A DNA stretch of 64,000 bases. Origin: Dehalococcoidia bacterium. GTDB taxonomy: Bacteria; Chloroflexota; Dehalococcoidia; GIF9; UBA5629. The notes below the pieces were generated by a model. The model was not told the DNA's origin, made no database searches, and was given only the letters and a program-made list of their open reading frames with translations. Shown here in pieces: positions 19,915-29,626 of the stretch (position 1 is its first letter; the number at the start of each line of letters is the position of its first letter). The DNA lies in contig JBEKIW010000003.1 in the NCBI GenBank assembly GCA_050011565.1, positions 242,383-306,382 of the forward strand, read 5' to 3'. The translations under genes were made by a program, and so were the position numbers.

Positions 19915-20475
19915 CTAGTATTCAATGCCCTTGCGGGACAGCATCCCTTTGTCAAACGGATGCTTTACCTTGACCATATTGGTAACCAGGTCAGCTAGCT
20001 CGATTAACTTCGGGTCAGCATAGCGGCCGGTGAGAATAAGCTCCACTTTTTCCGGCTTGTCATGTATCAACTTTACGACGCTATCCACGTCAATCAACTT
20101 CCAAGCAGCGGCTACATTTACTTCATCGAGTATAACTACATCGTATTTCAGACTGAGCATGGCTTTCCGGGCAGCTTCCAGTGCCTTCCTGGCTTCTTCC
20201 TTCTCCTCCGGTTTAACATTAGCGGGGTCGACGAATTCCTGAAATCCGAACCTTTCCACGGTACAATTTGGAAGTTGGCACAGGATTTTATGTTCCCCGT
20301 ATGGGAAATCGCCTTTCATGAAGAATACGATATAAACTCGGAGGCCATGCCCCAAGGCACGGATGATAGTCCCCAGAGCTGCCGATGTTTTTCCTTTGCC
20401 CTCGCCGGTAAAAATTTCAACCAGGCCCCTGGTTGAAGTTGCAGCAGATAAGGTCTCGGCTGATTCCCCGGTCAC
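19915..20475 (-). CDS. cobO: Cob(I)alamin adenosyltransferase (CobO/BtuR family)
   Basis: TGEGKGKTSAALG, ILDE, LTGR, KHPF, RKGIEY. Confidence 0.93.
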   Translation of the reverse strand: MTGESAETLSAATSTRGLVEIFTGEGKGKTSAALGTIIRALGHGLRVYIVFFMKGDFPYGEHKILCQLPNCTVERFGFQEFVDPANVKPEEKEEARKALEAARKAMLSLKYDVVILDEVNVAAAWKLIDVDSVVKLIHDKPEKVELILTGRYADPKLIELADLVTNMVKVKHPFDKGMLSRKGIEY

Positions 20476-20549
20476 CTCGACAGCAGTTTAACAAAAAGCC
20501 GGATATAGTGTCAATCGAGAAACAAAATACAAAGGGAGTGTGTTTAGTC

Positions 20550-20595
20550 TGTCATCGCTAGGAGCCCTTCTTCGGAGAGGCGACATGGCGATCTC
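20550..20595 (+). repeat. Family A REP-like palindrome (degenerate)
   Basis: TGTCATCGCTAGG...CATGGCGATCTC with an internal hairpin. Confidence 0.65.
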
Positions 20596-20616
20596 GATGG
20601 TGCGAAGAAATTAACA

Positions 20617-20644
20617 TTGACATCCTGAGCCTTAACGGTATAAT
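20617..20644 (+). promoter_or_regulatory. sigma70-type promoter of the AOR gene
   Basis: TTGACA, 16 nt spacer, TATAAT; AGGAGG RBS before 20703. Confidence 0.6.
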
Positions 20645-20702
20645 AATCTGGTTATCCCGCTGCTTAAACTTGTGCAGCATTTATTGATTCAGGAGGTAAA
20701 TT

Positions 20703-22544
20703 ATGCGCGGAGGCTACATGGGCAAAATGCTGTTCGTTGACCTGACCCAGAGGAAAATATCCGTGGAATTGGCGGTAGACGACTTGTATCAAAATTTCTT
20801 CGGCGGCTACGGTATTGGTGCCAGAGTCCTTTTCAGCCGGCAGAAAGCTAAAGTCGACCCGCTGGGACCGGATGCCATGCTGGGATTCGTCACCGGCCTT
20901 CTAACCGGCACACCCGCTCTGTTCGGCTCCAGGTACGTAGTAGTTGGCAAATCGCCGCTGACCGGAACCTGGGGCGATGCCAACTCCGGCGGTGATTTCG
21001 GCCCGTACCTGAAATTCTCCGGCTATGACGCCGTTTTCTTCACCGGTATTTCGCCCAGTCCAGTTTACCTCTTCATCGACAACTGTAAAGCCGAACTTAG
21101 GCCAGCAGATAAATTATGGGGTAAAGACACCTGGGAAACCGAATCACTGCTTCAGGACGAGCTTGGCAAGGAGGCTCGAATCGCCTGCATCGGCCCGTCG
21201 GGTGAGAGCCTATCGCTCATTTCCTGCATCATTAACAACAGGGGACGAGCCGCCGGCCGTTCCGGCCTGGGTGCCGTGATGGGCTCTAAAAAGCTGAAGG
21301 CTGTTGCAGTGAAGGGAAATCAAATAGTCCCGCTTGCTAACGAGTTAGAGATAAAGGCGGCGCGCACCAAACACCTGGCTCAACTAGGTGGTGCCGTCGA
21401 AGCGTTCCGTAAATTGGGCACTTGTGCCGGCTTGAATGTACTAGTTCAAACTGGTGATACGCCGGTCAAGAATTGGAAAGGTACGGCACTGGATTTTACC
21501 ACTGGTGCCGTCATCAGCGACCAGAGAGTAATCGATTTACAGGAGCGCAGATATGGCTGCTGGCGCTGTCCTGTTGCCTGCGGCGGGCATATGAAGCCCG
21601 GCACACAGTATCACTACCCGGCATTGGTTCACAAGCCCGAATACGAGACACTGGCAGCCTTCGGCTCAATGTGCTTGAACGACAACCTCGAGTCCATAAT
21701 CATGGTCAACGATATCTGTAATCGCTATGGGGTGGATACCATTTCCGCCGGTTCTATAATATCCTTCGCCATAGAGTGCTACGAAAACGGATTAATCAGT
21801 AATAAAGATACCGATGGTATCGAGCTCAGGTGGGGCAATCACAAAGCCATCGTAGACATGACTGAGAAGCTGGCTAAGCGGCAGGGCTTCGGCGGGGTAC
21901 TTGCCGACGGCGTCAAACGGGCAGCCGACCAGATAGGCAAAGGAGCCGAAGAATTTGCTGTTCATATACATGGCGAGGAAGTGCCCATGCACGACCCCAA
22001 ACGATACCTGAATTATGCCACTTCTTATCTCGATTCCACGCCGGCCCGCCACACACAGGGTAACTACACCACCAAGCCGGCCAGCGGCCTGGAATTCCCG
22101 GCGTACGACCGCAAGTCCACTGCCGGCCGTGGCGAGGCGAATAAGATGGGCAGCGACCTGATGCATGCCATAAGCTGTGCCGGCCTCTGCCAGTTCGGCT
22201 ACGGCTTCATGGATGCCAGCGCACTCACCGACTTCATAAACCTGACCACAGGCTGGAACTATAGCATCGACGACCTGCTGAAGGTGGGAGATAGGGTGGC
22301 GACCATCCGGCAGGCGTTCAACGCCCGGGAAGGTATTAGCATATCTGACTTTCGGGTCCCTGGCAGGGTCGCCGGCAATCCACCACCCGAAGCTGGCCCC
22401 ACTGCCGGCAAGACTGTGGACTTCGATACTTTGCTTAAAGACTATTTCACAATCCGTGGCTGGGAAGTCAACACCGGTGTACCGACTAAAAATAAGCTGC
22501 TTGAGCTAGGCCTCGACGACGTAGCTAAGGCTCTGTGGGATTGA
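20703..22544 (+). CDS. Aldehyde:ferredoxin oxidoreductase family (W/Mo-pterin)
   Basis: KSPLTG, RAAGRSGLGAVMGSKKLKA, CWRCPVACG, PEYET, GVDTIS, late Cys in AGLCQF. Confidence 0.93.
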   Translation: MRGGYMGKMLFVDLTQRKISVELAVDDLYQNFFGGYGIGARVLFSRQKAKVDPLGPDAMLGFVTGLLTGTPALFGSRYVVVGKSPLTGTWGDANSGGDFGPYLKFSGYDAVFFTGISPSPVYLFIDNCKAELRPADKLWGKDTWETESLLQDELGKEARIACIGPSGESLSLISCIINNRGRAAGRSGLGAVMGSKKLKAVAVKGNQIVPLANELEIKAARTKHLAQLGGAVEAFRKLGTCAGLNVLVQTGDTPVKNWKGTALDFTTGAVISDQRVIDLQERRYGCWRCPVACGGHMKPGTQYHYPALVHKPEYETLAAFGSMCLNDNLESIIMVNDICNRYGVDTISAGSIISFAIECYENGLISNKDTDGIELRWGNHKAIVDMTEKLAKRQGFGGVLADGVKRAADQIGKGAEEFAVHIHGEEVPMHDPKRYLNYATSYLDSTPARHTQGNYTTKPASGLEFPAYDRKSTAGRGEANKMGSDLMHAISCAGLCQFGYGFMDASALTDFINLTTGWNYSIDDLLKVGDRVATIRQAFNAREGISISDFRVPGRVAGNPPPEAGPTAGKTVDFDTLLKDYFTIRGWEVNTGVPTKNKLLELGLDDVAKALWD

Positions 22545-22611
22545 ACCTGGCATGCAGGAATAGTACTGAATTTGACATTCGGCTACCTAATCTGGTAAAT
22601 TATCTTTCGCT

Positions 22612-23001
22612 TTGAAAATGACACAGAGTTACGCTATAGTCGAAACCGGCGGCAAGCAATACAAAGTGGCGCCGGGTCAAAAAATCGATGTCGACCGCCT
22701 GGCTGTTGGCAAAGGCAAAGATATCGAGCTGTCCAGGGTATTGCTTATCGCCGATGGTAAGGATACCGTCGTAGGTAATCCCACAATAGATGGCGCCAAA
22801 GTAGTCGCCACCTGTCTCAGCGAAGGGAAGAGCGCCAAGGTTATAGTTTTCAAATATAAACCGAAGGTACGCTATCGCCGGAAAAAAGGCCATCGACAGA
22901 TTTATTCAAAGTTAGAAATCAAGGAAATCGTTAAACCGGGCGAGGAGGCAGCGCCGAAGAAAACTACAAAGAAAAAGGTGGCGACCGGAAGTAAAAGCTA
23001 A
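22612..23001 (+). CDS. rplU: 50S ribosomal protein L21 with Lys-rich C-terminal extension
   Basis: [19 protein letters not shown]. Confidence 0.97.
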   Translation: MKMTQSYAIVETGGKQYKVAPGQKIDVDRLAVGKGKDIELSRVLLIADGKDTVVGNPTIDGAKVVATCLSEGKSAKVIVFKYKPKVRYRRKKGHRQIYSKLEIKEIVKPGEEAAPKKTTKKKVATGSKS

Positions 23002-23264
23002 TGGCACATAAGAAGGGCGGAGGCAGTACTCGTTACGGACGTGACAGCCAATCAAAACGATTGGGTGTAAAAAGATATGGCGGTCAACAGGTTAATGCTG
23101 GCACCATACTGGTCAGACAACGAGGCACTCGCATTCAGCCGGGTAACAATGTCGGCGTGGGCAGAGACCATACACTATTCGCACTTATCGATGGCGCCGT
23201 CAAATATGAACCGGCAACCAAGAACCGCAAAAAAGTCAGCGTTTATACCGAGCAAGTTAAATGA
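23001..23264 (+). CDS. rpmA: 50S ribosomal protein L27
   Basis: [22 protein letters not shown]. Confidence 0.98.
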   Translation: MAHKKGGGSTRYGRDSQSKRLGVKRYGGQQVNAGTILVRQRGTRIQPGNNVGVGRDHTLFALIDGAVKYEPATKNRKKVSVYTEQVK

Positions 23265-23467
23265 GACCTAAAATACATCCTGAGTATTACACAGATGCCA
23301 AGGTAACCTGCTCCTGTGGCAACACCTTTACCACCGGCTCCACCAAGAAGCAGCTCAGAGTGGAGCTGTGTAGCAAATGCCATCCCTTCTTCACCGGCGA
23401 GCAGAAGATAGTTGATACTGCCGGCAGAGTGGAACGCTTCAAGCGTCGCTACAAGATAAAGGAATAA
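23261..23467 (+). CDS. rpmE: 50S ribosomal protein L31 (Zn-binding type)
   Basis: [25 protein letters not shown]. Confidence 0.97.
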   Translation: MRPKIHPEYYTDAKVTCSCGNTFTTGSTKKQLRVELCSKCHPFFTGEQKIVDTAGRVERFKRRYKIKE

Positions 23468-23476
23468 AGTCCTCAC

Positions 23477-23568
23477 GTCATTGCGAGGCACGAAGTGCCA
23501 TGGCAATCTCCGCCTTTCATTTATGTCATTGCGTGAAATCCTTTCGCGGAAGGGGTCGTGGCAATCTC
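23477..23568 (+). repeat. Two tandem family A REP-like palindromes
   Basis: GTCATTGCGAGGCACGAAGTGCCATGGCAATCTC (23477-23510) and GTCATTGCGTG...GTCGTGGCAATCTC (23525-23568). Confidence 0.85.
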
Positions 23569-23575
23569 TGTGAAG

Positions 23576-23652
23576 AAAATCCCAAGCACCAAACTTTAGG
23601 ATTTTAAATTTCGAATTTGTCTGGGATTTGGAAAATTGGAATTTAGGATTTA
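23576..23652. repeat. Family C AT-rich ~7-mer periodic element
   Basis: aaatcccaagcaccaaa...gaatttgtctgggatttggaaaattggaatttaggattt; resembles 14831-14873 in both orientations. Confidence 0.6.
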
Positions 23653-24603
23653 GTGAAGCAGAGAGATTACAAAGTGGAAAAACCAGCGCCCTTCTATTAT
23701 GGCGGCCAAGCGGTAATGGAGGGCGTAATGATGCGAGGGCGAAAAAGCATTGCCGTCGCCGTCCGCCGTCCTAATGGCGAGATTAGCCTTACCAGCCAGC
23801 CTCTGGCCAGCCTGTATAAAGGCCGAGCTAGAAACTGGCCCTTCATCAGGGGAATCATCGTACTTATCGAGACATTGGCCCTCGGGACTCAATCCCTGCT
23901 TCATTCCGCCCAAATTGCCGCCGCCGAAGAGGAAGAGAGCATATCTCCGGCGCTGCTCTGGGGAAGCGTAGTCATCGCCGTTGCCTTTGCTGTGGCCCTT
24001 TTCTTTATCGCCCCGCTGCTACTCACCCGCTATCTGGTCGACCCCTACATCACCTCATCTTTTGTCAGCAACCTTATCGAAGGCATTATACGCATCGGCA
24101 TCTTCATAGCATATCTGAAAATCATAAGTCTGATGCCGGAAGTGAAAAGGCTTTTTACTTATCATGGAGCCGAACACAAGGTGGTCAACGCCTATGAAGC
24201 TGGAGTACCCCTGGAGTTAGACTATGTTAAAAACTACTCTACAGCCCACACCCGGTGTGGCACCGGCTTCCTGCTGGCAGTTATGGTTATCTCTATTTTT
24301 GTTTTTGCCCTGCTCGGCCGTCCGTCGATATGGCTCAGCATTCTGTCTCGCATCGTTCTCATCCCTGTCATCGCCGCTATCGGCTACGAATTCGTTCGCT
24401 TTGGGGCAACCCATTACCGGAATGTTATTGTACGTAGCCTTCTGGCTCCGGGACTGCTGCTGCAGTCCCTGACCACGGGTGAACCGAACGACAGCCAGTT
24501 GGAAACAGCTTTATCGGCGATGAAAAAAGTCATCGAAACCGACAGTGGCCAGTCATCTCCCTCTCCCTCGACAGGAGAGGGTCAGATTGAGGGTGAAACC
24601 TAA
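23653..24603 (+). CDS. DUF1385 family membrane protein (YqhQ-like)
   Basis: GGQAVMEGVMMRG, YHGAEHK, HTRCGT; usual position downstream of rpmE. Confidence 0.9.
   Translation: MKQRDYKVEKPAPFYYGGQAVMEGVMMRGRKSIAVAVRRPNGEISLTSQPLASLYKGRARNWPFIRGIIVLIETLALGTQSLLHSAQIAAAEEEESISPALLWGSVVIAVAFAVALFFIAPLLLTRYLVDPYITSSFVSNLIEGIIRIGIFIAYLKIISLMPEVKRLFTYHGAEHKVVNAYEAGVPLELDYVKNYSTAHTRCGTGFLLAVMVISIFVFALLGRPSIWLSILSRIVLIPVIAAIGYEFVRFGATHYRNVIVRSLLAPGLLLQSLTTGEPNDSQLETALSAMKKVIETDSGQSSPSPSTGEGQIEGET
24557..24597 (+). repeat. Family B REP-like palindrome inside the DUF1385 coding end
   Basis: CCCTCTCC-ctcgaca-GGAGAGGG tcagattGAGGGTGAA. Confidence 0.7.
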
Positions 24604-24617
24604 AAGTGCTGCGAGGC

Positions 24618-24938
24618 TTAATCTACGTCTTTCTTGTCGAATTTCTGGAAAAAACAGCTCCGGTTGCCGGTATGACATACCGGGCCGGACGGCTTAGCCT
24701 TAATCAATATAGCGTCGCTGTCGCAATCCTTGGCTATTGACTTCACTTTTAGAATACTCCCCGAGGTAGCTCCTTTGTGCCACAATTCCTGGCGGCTCCG
24801 GCTATAGAACCATACCTCTCCACTGTCCACAGTACGCTTTAGCGCCTCTTTATCGGCATAGCCCAGCATCAACACTTCCCCGTTGTCAGCGTCCTGAACT
24901 ATGACCGGAATCAAGCCTTTATCATTAAATTTTAACAT
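24618..24938 (-). CDS. hisI: Phosphoribosyl-AMP cyclohydrolase
   Basis: [30 protein letters not shown]. Confidence 0.96.
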   Translation of the reverse strand: MLKFNDKGLIPVIVQDADNGEVLMLGYADKEALKRTVDSGEVWFYSRSRQELWHKGATSGSILKVKSIAKDCDSDAILIKAKPSGPVCHTGNRSCFFQKFDKKDVD

Positions 24939-24960
24939 CTTATACCACCTTATTTTTCCG

Positions 24961-24999
24961 TCCCATCTCCCTTGAAGGGAGAGGGCCTGAGTGATGGTG
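24961..24999 (+). repeat. Family B REP-like palindrome
   Basis: CCCATCTCCC-ttgaa-GGGAGAGGG cctgagtgatggtg, between hisA and hisI. Confidence 0.7.
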
Positions 25000-25007
25000 T
25001 AACTTTG

Positions 25008-25718
25008 TTACCCCACTGCCAGAGCCTCTTTCAAATTTATGTCGCCGGTATAAATCGCTTTGCCCACGATAGCCCCCTCCACCCCCAGTTTCTTAAGCTT
25101 TTTCAAATGGCTTAATTTTGAGATGCCACCGGCGGCGATGATGGGCAGGTTCACGCCCTTCACCATCTCGGCTATGGCCTCGAAACCGGGTTCGGTAAGC
25201 GTGCCATCTCGTTTTATGTCAGTATATATAATGCGCCTTACGCCCATAGCAGCCATCTGCGAGCCAAGCTCCAATGCCTTAGTTTTCGTCCCCTTCACCC
25301 AACCATGCGTGGCTACATAGCCGTCACGGGCATCGATGCCAACGACGATAGCCTCATCATACTTCTGGCATAAACTCTTTATCAACTCTGGATTTTCCAC
25401 AGCAACTGTTCCTAAAATTACCCGGTCCACACCTATGTTCAATAGCTCCGCTACGGTAGCCTCGTCTCTTATACCGCCGCCAAGCTGCACCGGCAAGTTC
25501 ACCCGCTTTACTATATCTTCGATAACCGTTATATTACGGGGCTTACCTCCGGCAGCGCCATCCAGGTCAATCACGTGCAGCCTCCGAGCCCCCTGAGCCC
25601 TCCAGCCCATGGCGACATCTACCGGATTCTCGGAGAAAACCGTTTCCTTAAGGTAATCTCCCTGATACAGCCGGACACACTTGCCCCCTTTAATATCGAC
25701 TGCCGGAATTACTTCCAT
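25008..25718 (-). CDS. hisA: ProFAR isomerase
   Basis: IPAVDIKGGKCVRLYQGD, HVIDLDGA, QLGGGIR, TDIKRDGTL. Confidence 0.96.
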   Translation of the reverse strand: MEVIPAVDIKGGKCVRLYQGDYLKETVFSENPVDVAMGWRAQGARRLHVIDLDGAAGGKPRNITVIEDIVKRVNLPVQLGGGIRDEATVAELLNIGVDRVILGTVAVENPELIKSLCQKYDEAIVVGIDARDGYVATHGWVKGTKTKALELGSQMAAMGVRRIIYTDIKRDGTLTEPGFEAIAEMVKGVNLPIIAAGGISKLSHLKKLKKLGVEGAIVGKAIYTGDINLKEALAVG

Positions 25719-25815
25719 ATCAACTTACCATACGAGCGTTTAAATTTCCTTAAATTTGCTATACAATATTAAAGCTTTAACTCATTACTTTCAAATACAA
25801 GGAGGATAAACAACA

Positions 25816-26958
25816 ATGGACTTCGAGCTTTCCGAAGAGCATAAAATGTTCCAGGAAGCCATTTGCAACTTTGCGGAGAAAGAAATCGCCCCGCTCGTTG
25901 AGGAAGCCGAAAAAACAGCTACCTTCCCCCTACAGCTATTTCCCAAGATGGGAAAATTAGGCTATCTCTGCGTCAGATACCCGGCTAAATATGGCGGTGC
26001 TGAGATGGGCAAAATTGGTGACTGTATTTCAATCGAGCAAGTAGCTTACCACAGCGTCGGCATATGTGCCGGCATCATGGTTCAAAGCGGCATCGGCACC
26101 ACAGCCGTCTACACTCGCGGTAACGAAGACCAGAAGAAGAGATACCTGGTACCGGCCATTAAAGGAGAAAAAATAGCCGCTTTCGGACTTACCGAGCCTA
26201 ATGCCGGCTCTGACGCCGCATCCATACAAACAACTGCCAATAAAAAGAACGGCAAATATGTCCTCAACGGCACCAAAATCTTCATCACCAACGGCAATAT
26301 CTGCGACTTTGTTCTGGCTGCTGCTTATACAGACAAAAGCAAAGGGTCTAGAGGTGGCGTAAGCTTATTCATTGTCGAGAAAGGCACTCCCGGGTTCAAT
26401 CGAGCTAAGCTTCACAAGTTTTGCGGTCGTTCCGGTGAAACGGGTGAGCTGACTTTTGAGGACTGCGCCGTGCCTGAAGCTAATCTTATCGGTGAAGAGG
26501 GCAAAGGCTTCCCTTACGTGATGGAATCGCTAATGGGTGGCAGGATATCCCACGCCTCCAGAAGTTTAGGCCTGGCCCGGGCAGCTTACGATGCTTCACT
26601 CAAATACGCTCAAGAAAGAGTTCAATTCGGCCAGCCTATAGCTAAATTCCAGACCAATGCCTTTAAGCTGGCACGAATGGCACTGGACATAGAGGCAGCT
26701 CGGTGGCTTATATTCCACGCTGCCTGGCTCTATGACCAGAACAAACCGCACGTTAAAGAAGCAGCTATGGCCAAGCTTTTCGCCAGCGAGGTTTCGGTCA
26801 GGGTAACTACCGAAGCCATGCAGATTCATGGGGGCTACGGTCTGACGGAAGATTCCGTAATCCAGCGTTACTTCCGCGACTCCCGAATGTCAACCATCAC
26901 CGAGGGTACCTCGGAAATCCAGCAGCTCGTTATCTCGCGAGAAATCGGCATTCGCTAG
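25816..26958 (+). CDS. Acyl-CoA dehydrogenase
   Basis: FGLTEPNAGSD, NGTKIFITNG, ITEGTSEIQ (canonical catalytic Glu). Confidence 0.93.
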   Translation: MDFELSEEHKMFQEAICNFAEKEIAPLVEEAEKTATFPLQLFPKMGKLGYLCVRYPAKYGGAEMGKIGDCISIEQVAYHSVGICAGIMVQSGIGTTAVYTRGNEDQKKRYLVPAIKGEKIAAFGLTEPNAGSDAASIQTTANKKNGKYVLNGTKIFITNGNICDFVLAAAYTDKSKGSRGGVSLFIVEKGTPGFNRAKLHKFCGRSGETGELTFEDCAVPEANLIGEEGKGFPYVMESLMGGRISHASRSLGLARAAYDASLKYAQERVQFGQPIAKFQTNAFKLARMALDIEAARWLIFHAAWLYDQNKPHVKEAAMAKLFASEVSVRVTTEAMQIHGGYGLTEDSVIQRYFRDSRMSTITEGTSEIQQLVISREIGIR

Positions 26959-27031
26959 CGGTAGAAACAATTTGTAGCACTGCACTAAGGCATTGGGTCA
27001 AACAATAAGCCAACAGTGAAAGGTGATACAC

Positions 27032-28585
27032 ATGTCAAACACAAAAGAGACAATCGAGGCATACAAGGCAAAGCGAGAAAAAATAAAGCAAATGGGAGAC
27101 CCCAAGGCCATTGAGCAGCGCCACAAAGCTGGGCAATGGTCGGCACGAGAAAGGATCGATTATTTCTTCGACCCGGGTACTTTCACCGAAATAGGGCTTT
27201 TCGTTAAGCACCGCACTATAAATTTCGGCATGGATAAAAGGGAGATACCGGCTGAAGGCGTAATAACAGGCTACGGCAAGGTAAATGGCCGTCCCGTCGT
27301 CGCTATCGCCGAGGACTTTACTGCCATGGCAGGGACTTTTGGCGAATACCACGGCAAGAAATTTGCCCGCGCACTCGATTTTGCCAAGGACATGGGCTGG
27401 CCCTGCATAAGCATGAACGATTCGGGAGGAGCCCGGCTTCAAGAAGGCATGGATACGCTCGAAGCCTATGGTTGGCTATTCAGAGCTCAAATACAGGCTT
27501 CGGGCATAGTGCCTCAGATATCTCTGCTCATGGGGCCGTGCTTAGGTGGACAGGCTTATCATCCGGTAATGCAGGACTTCCTCATCCAGTGCCGGCATAC
27601 CGGCTTCATGGGCATCGCCGGCCCGGCTTTCGTAAAAACTCAAGTCGGTGAGGAAATCACCCTAGACGAGCTTTCCGGCTGGAAAGCACACGCCGTGAAA
27701 TCGGGACAAACGCATGTGGTCGTTGAGAATGACAAAGAGGCACTGGACACCTGCAAACAACTTCTCTTCTTCCTGCCGTCGAATAATAAAGAAAAACCGC
27801 CATGCATCAATACCCAGGATGAAGCGGATAGAACAGTACCGGAATTGGATACCATCATTCCTGACCGTCCGAACCAGTCATTTGATATGCTTAAAGTAAT
27901 TAAGCTGGTGGTAGATGATGGTTACTTTTTTGAGCTGTTGAAAGACCATGCACAGAACTGCATCATAGGCTTCGCCCGGTTCAATGGTCGTACGGTAGGC
28001 ATAGTCGCCAACCGCCCGGCGCATATCGGCGGCGTTATCGACGTGGATGCCGCAGACAAAATGGCCAGATTTATCAGGTTCTGTGACCTGTTTAATATAC
28101 CGCTGATTAGCTTCCAGGACTGTCCCGGTTACATGATAGGCTCCGAACAAGATTGGAAGGGCATTCTACGCCACGGTGCCAAGTTGCTTTACGCCTGGGC
28201 CGATGCTACCGTGCCGCTGATTTCGATCATAGTTAGAAAATCTTACGCCGGCGCCCATTACGGTATGCTGGATAAATCCATCGGCGCCGACCTGGTATTT
28301 GCCTGGCCCACAGCTCTGGTTACCATCGTCGGTGCTGAGACTGCAGCCAGCGTCATCTTCGCCAAGGAGATAAAAGAGGCAGAAAGCCCAAAAGAGGTGA
28401 GGGCCAAACGAGTAAAGGAGTATCAGGAGCTATACGAGAATCCCTATATGGGAGCCGAACGAGGCTATATCGATGATATCATAATGCCCAGCGACACCAG
28501 GAAGATGATAAATAGAGCCCTGGATGCACTGGAAAATAAGACTGTGGCCAGACCGTGGAGAAAGTACTCTAACATCAACCTATGA
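27032..28585 (+). CDS. Acyl-CoA carboxyltransferase subunit (PccB/MmdA-like)
   Basis: ARERI, DSGGARLQEG, GPCLGG, RFIRFCD, RKSYAGA; start at ATG 27032 or GTG 27023. Confidence 0.92.
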   Translation: MSNTKETIEAYKAKREKIKQMGDPKAIEQRHKAGQWSARERIDYFFDPGTFTEIGLFVKHRTINFGMDKREIPAEGVITGYGKVNGRPVVAIAEDFTAMAGTFGEYHGKKFARALDFAKDMGWPCISMNDSGGARLQEGMDTLEAYGWLFRAQIQASGIVPQISLLMGPCLGGQAYHPVMQDFLIQCRHTGFMGIAGPAFVKTQVGEEITLDELSGWKAHAVKSGQTHVVVENDKEALDTCKQLLFFLPSNNKEKPPCINTQDEADRTVPELDTIIPDRPNQSFDMLKVIKLVVDDGYFFELLKDHAQNCIIGFARFNGRTVGIVANRPAHIGGVIDVDAADKMARFIRFCDLFNIPLISFQDCPGYMIGSEQDWKGILRHGAKLLYAWADATVPLISIIVRKSYAGAHYGMLDKSIGADLVFAWPTALVTIVGAETAASVIFAKEIKEAESPKEVRAKRVKEYQELYENPYMGAERGYIDDIIMPSDTRKMINRALDALENKTVARPWRKYSNINL

Positions 28586-29346
28586 CAGCTGGAGATAGAA
28601 CACAGGTCGACTACACCGGTATTTCAAAAATATATGACAGCTACCGCTCCTATCCCGACGATCTGATAAAAAGGATTATTGAGCTGGGACGGATTGGCCG
28701 GGGAAAGAAGGTTCTAGACCTCGGCTGTGGTACCGGAAATATAGCCAGGCAAATAAAGAATAATATAGATGCTGATTTAATTGGCGTCGATGTATCGCTG
28801 GACATGTTGAAAGTGGCCACGAGTAAATCTCTTGAAGTTATCGGCATCGACATCGATAATCAGCCATTACCCTTCCGCGATAGTTCTTTCGACACCGTAA
28901 TAGGGGCCTACGTTATCCACCAAATAAAAAACCTGAATTTTATGCTCTCGGAGATTTATCGCGTGTTACGGGATGGCGTCCTGGTCCTCCTAACCTCCAG
29001 CCATAAACAAATCGAAGACCAGCATCCGATTATCAAAGATTTCTTCCCCAGCTATGTCGGTATCGATAAGGGCAGATTTCCGGATATTGACCGGATAGAC
29101 TACGTATTGGAGTCTCTTTCTTTCAAAGATATTAGACACGAAGAGGTGACTGTCGAGAATATCCCCATAGACTATGAATATCTGCAAAAAGTAAAAAACA
29201 AATATGTTTCGACCTACCACCTTATGCCGCAAGGCGAATTCGAGAATGGTATCGCCAAATTGGAAGCGTTTATTATGAACAGAAATCAGCCCCAATTCAG
29301 GGACTGGCATGGAACGATAATATGTGGACTCAAGACTATCAAATAA
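28582..29346 (+). CDS. Class I SAM-dependent methyltransferase
   Basis: VLDLGCGTG, GVDVS, LPFRDSSFD. Confidence 0.88.
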   Translation: MTAGDRTQVDYTGISKIYDSYRSYPDDLIKRIIELGRIGRGKKVLDLGCGTGNIARQIKNNIDADLIGVDVSLDMLKVATSKSLEVIGIDIDNQPLPFRDSSFDTVIGAYVIHQIKNLNFMLSEIYRVLRDGVLVLLTSSHKQIEDQHPIIKDFFPSYVGIDKGRFPDIDRIDYVLESLSFKDIRHEEVTVENIPIDYEYLQKVKNKYVSTYHLMPQGEFENGIAKLEAFIMNRNQPQFRDWHGTIICGLKTIK

Positions 29347-29358
29347 AGGAGGACTAAA

Positions 29359-29571
29359 ATGGAATTAGTTAATACGTGGCCGACACCGGTGTGGACGACA
29401 TGGTGGGTTATCCTTCTGCTCGTTCTCTGGACGCTGCCGTGGAAGGGCGTGGCCCTGTGGAAGTCTGCCGGTAACAAGCAGCTGGCGTGGTTCGTCTGTA
29501 TTTTTATATTTAACACACTGGCCATCCTGGAGATAATTTACATCTTCGGATTCAGCAAGAAGAAATCGTAA
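29359..29571 (+). CDS. Small membrane protein (DUF5652-like)
   Basis: WTLPWKGVALWKSA...WF...NTLAILEIIY; strong AGGAGG RBS. Confidence 0.75.
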   Translation: MELVNTWPTPVWTTWWVILLLVLWTLPWKGVALWKSAGNKQLAWFVCIFIFNTLAILEIIYIFGFSKKKS

Positions 29572-29626
29572 CTATAAGCTTACCACGTAGACACAGCCTT
29601 CGCCTGTTTGCTATACTCAAAGACTC

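Noticed and set aside
20476-20702. Cobalamin or Moco/Wco riboswitch between cobO and AOR
   Set aside because: Both predicted leaders are short, and the structured segment is a family A repeat
23477-23652. Clustered repeats as a possible CRISPR array
   Set aside because: No identical direct repeats with regular unique spacers, and no cas genes
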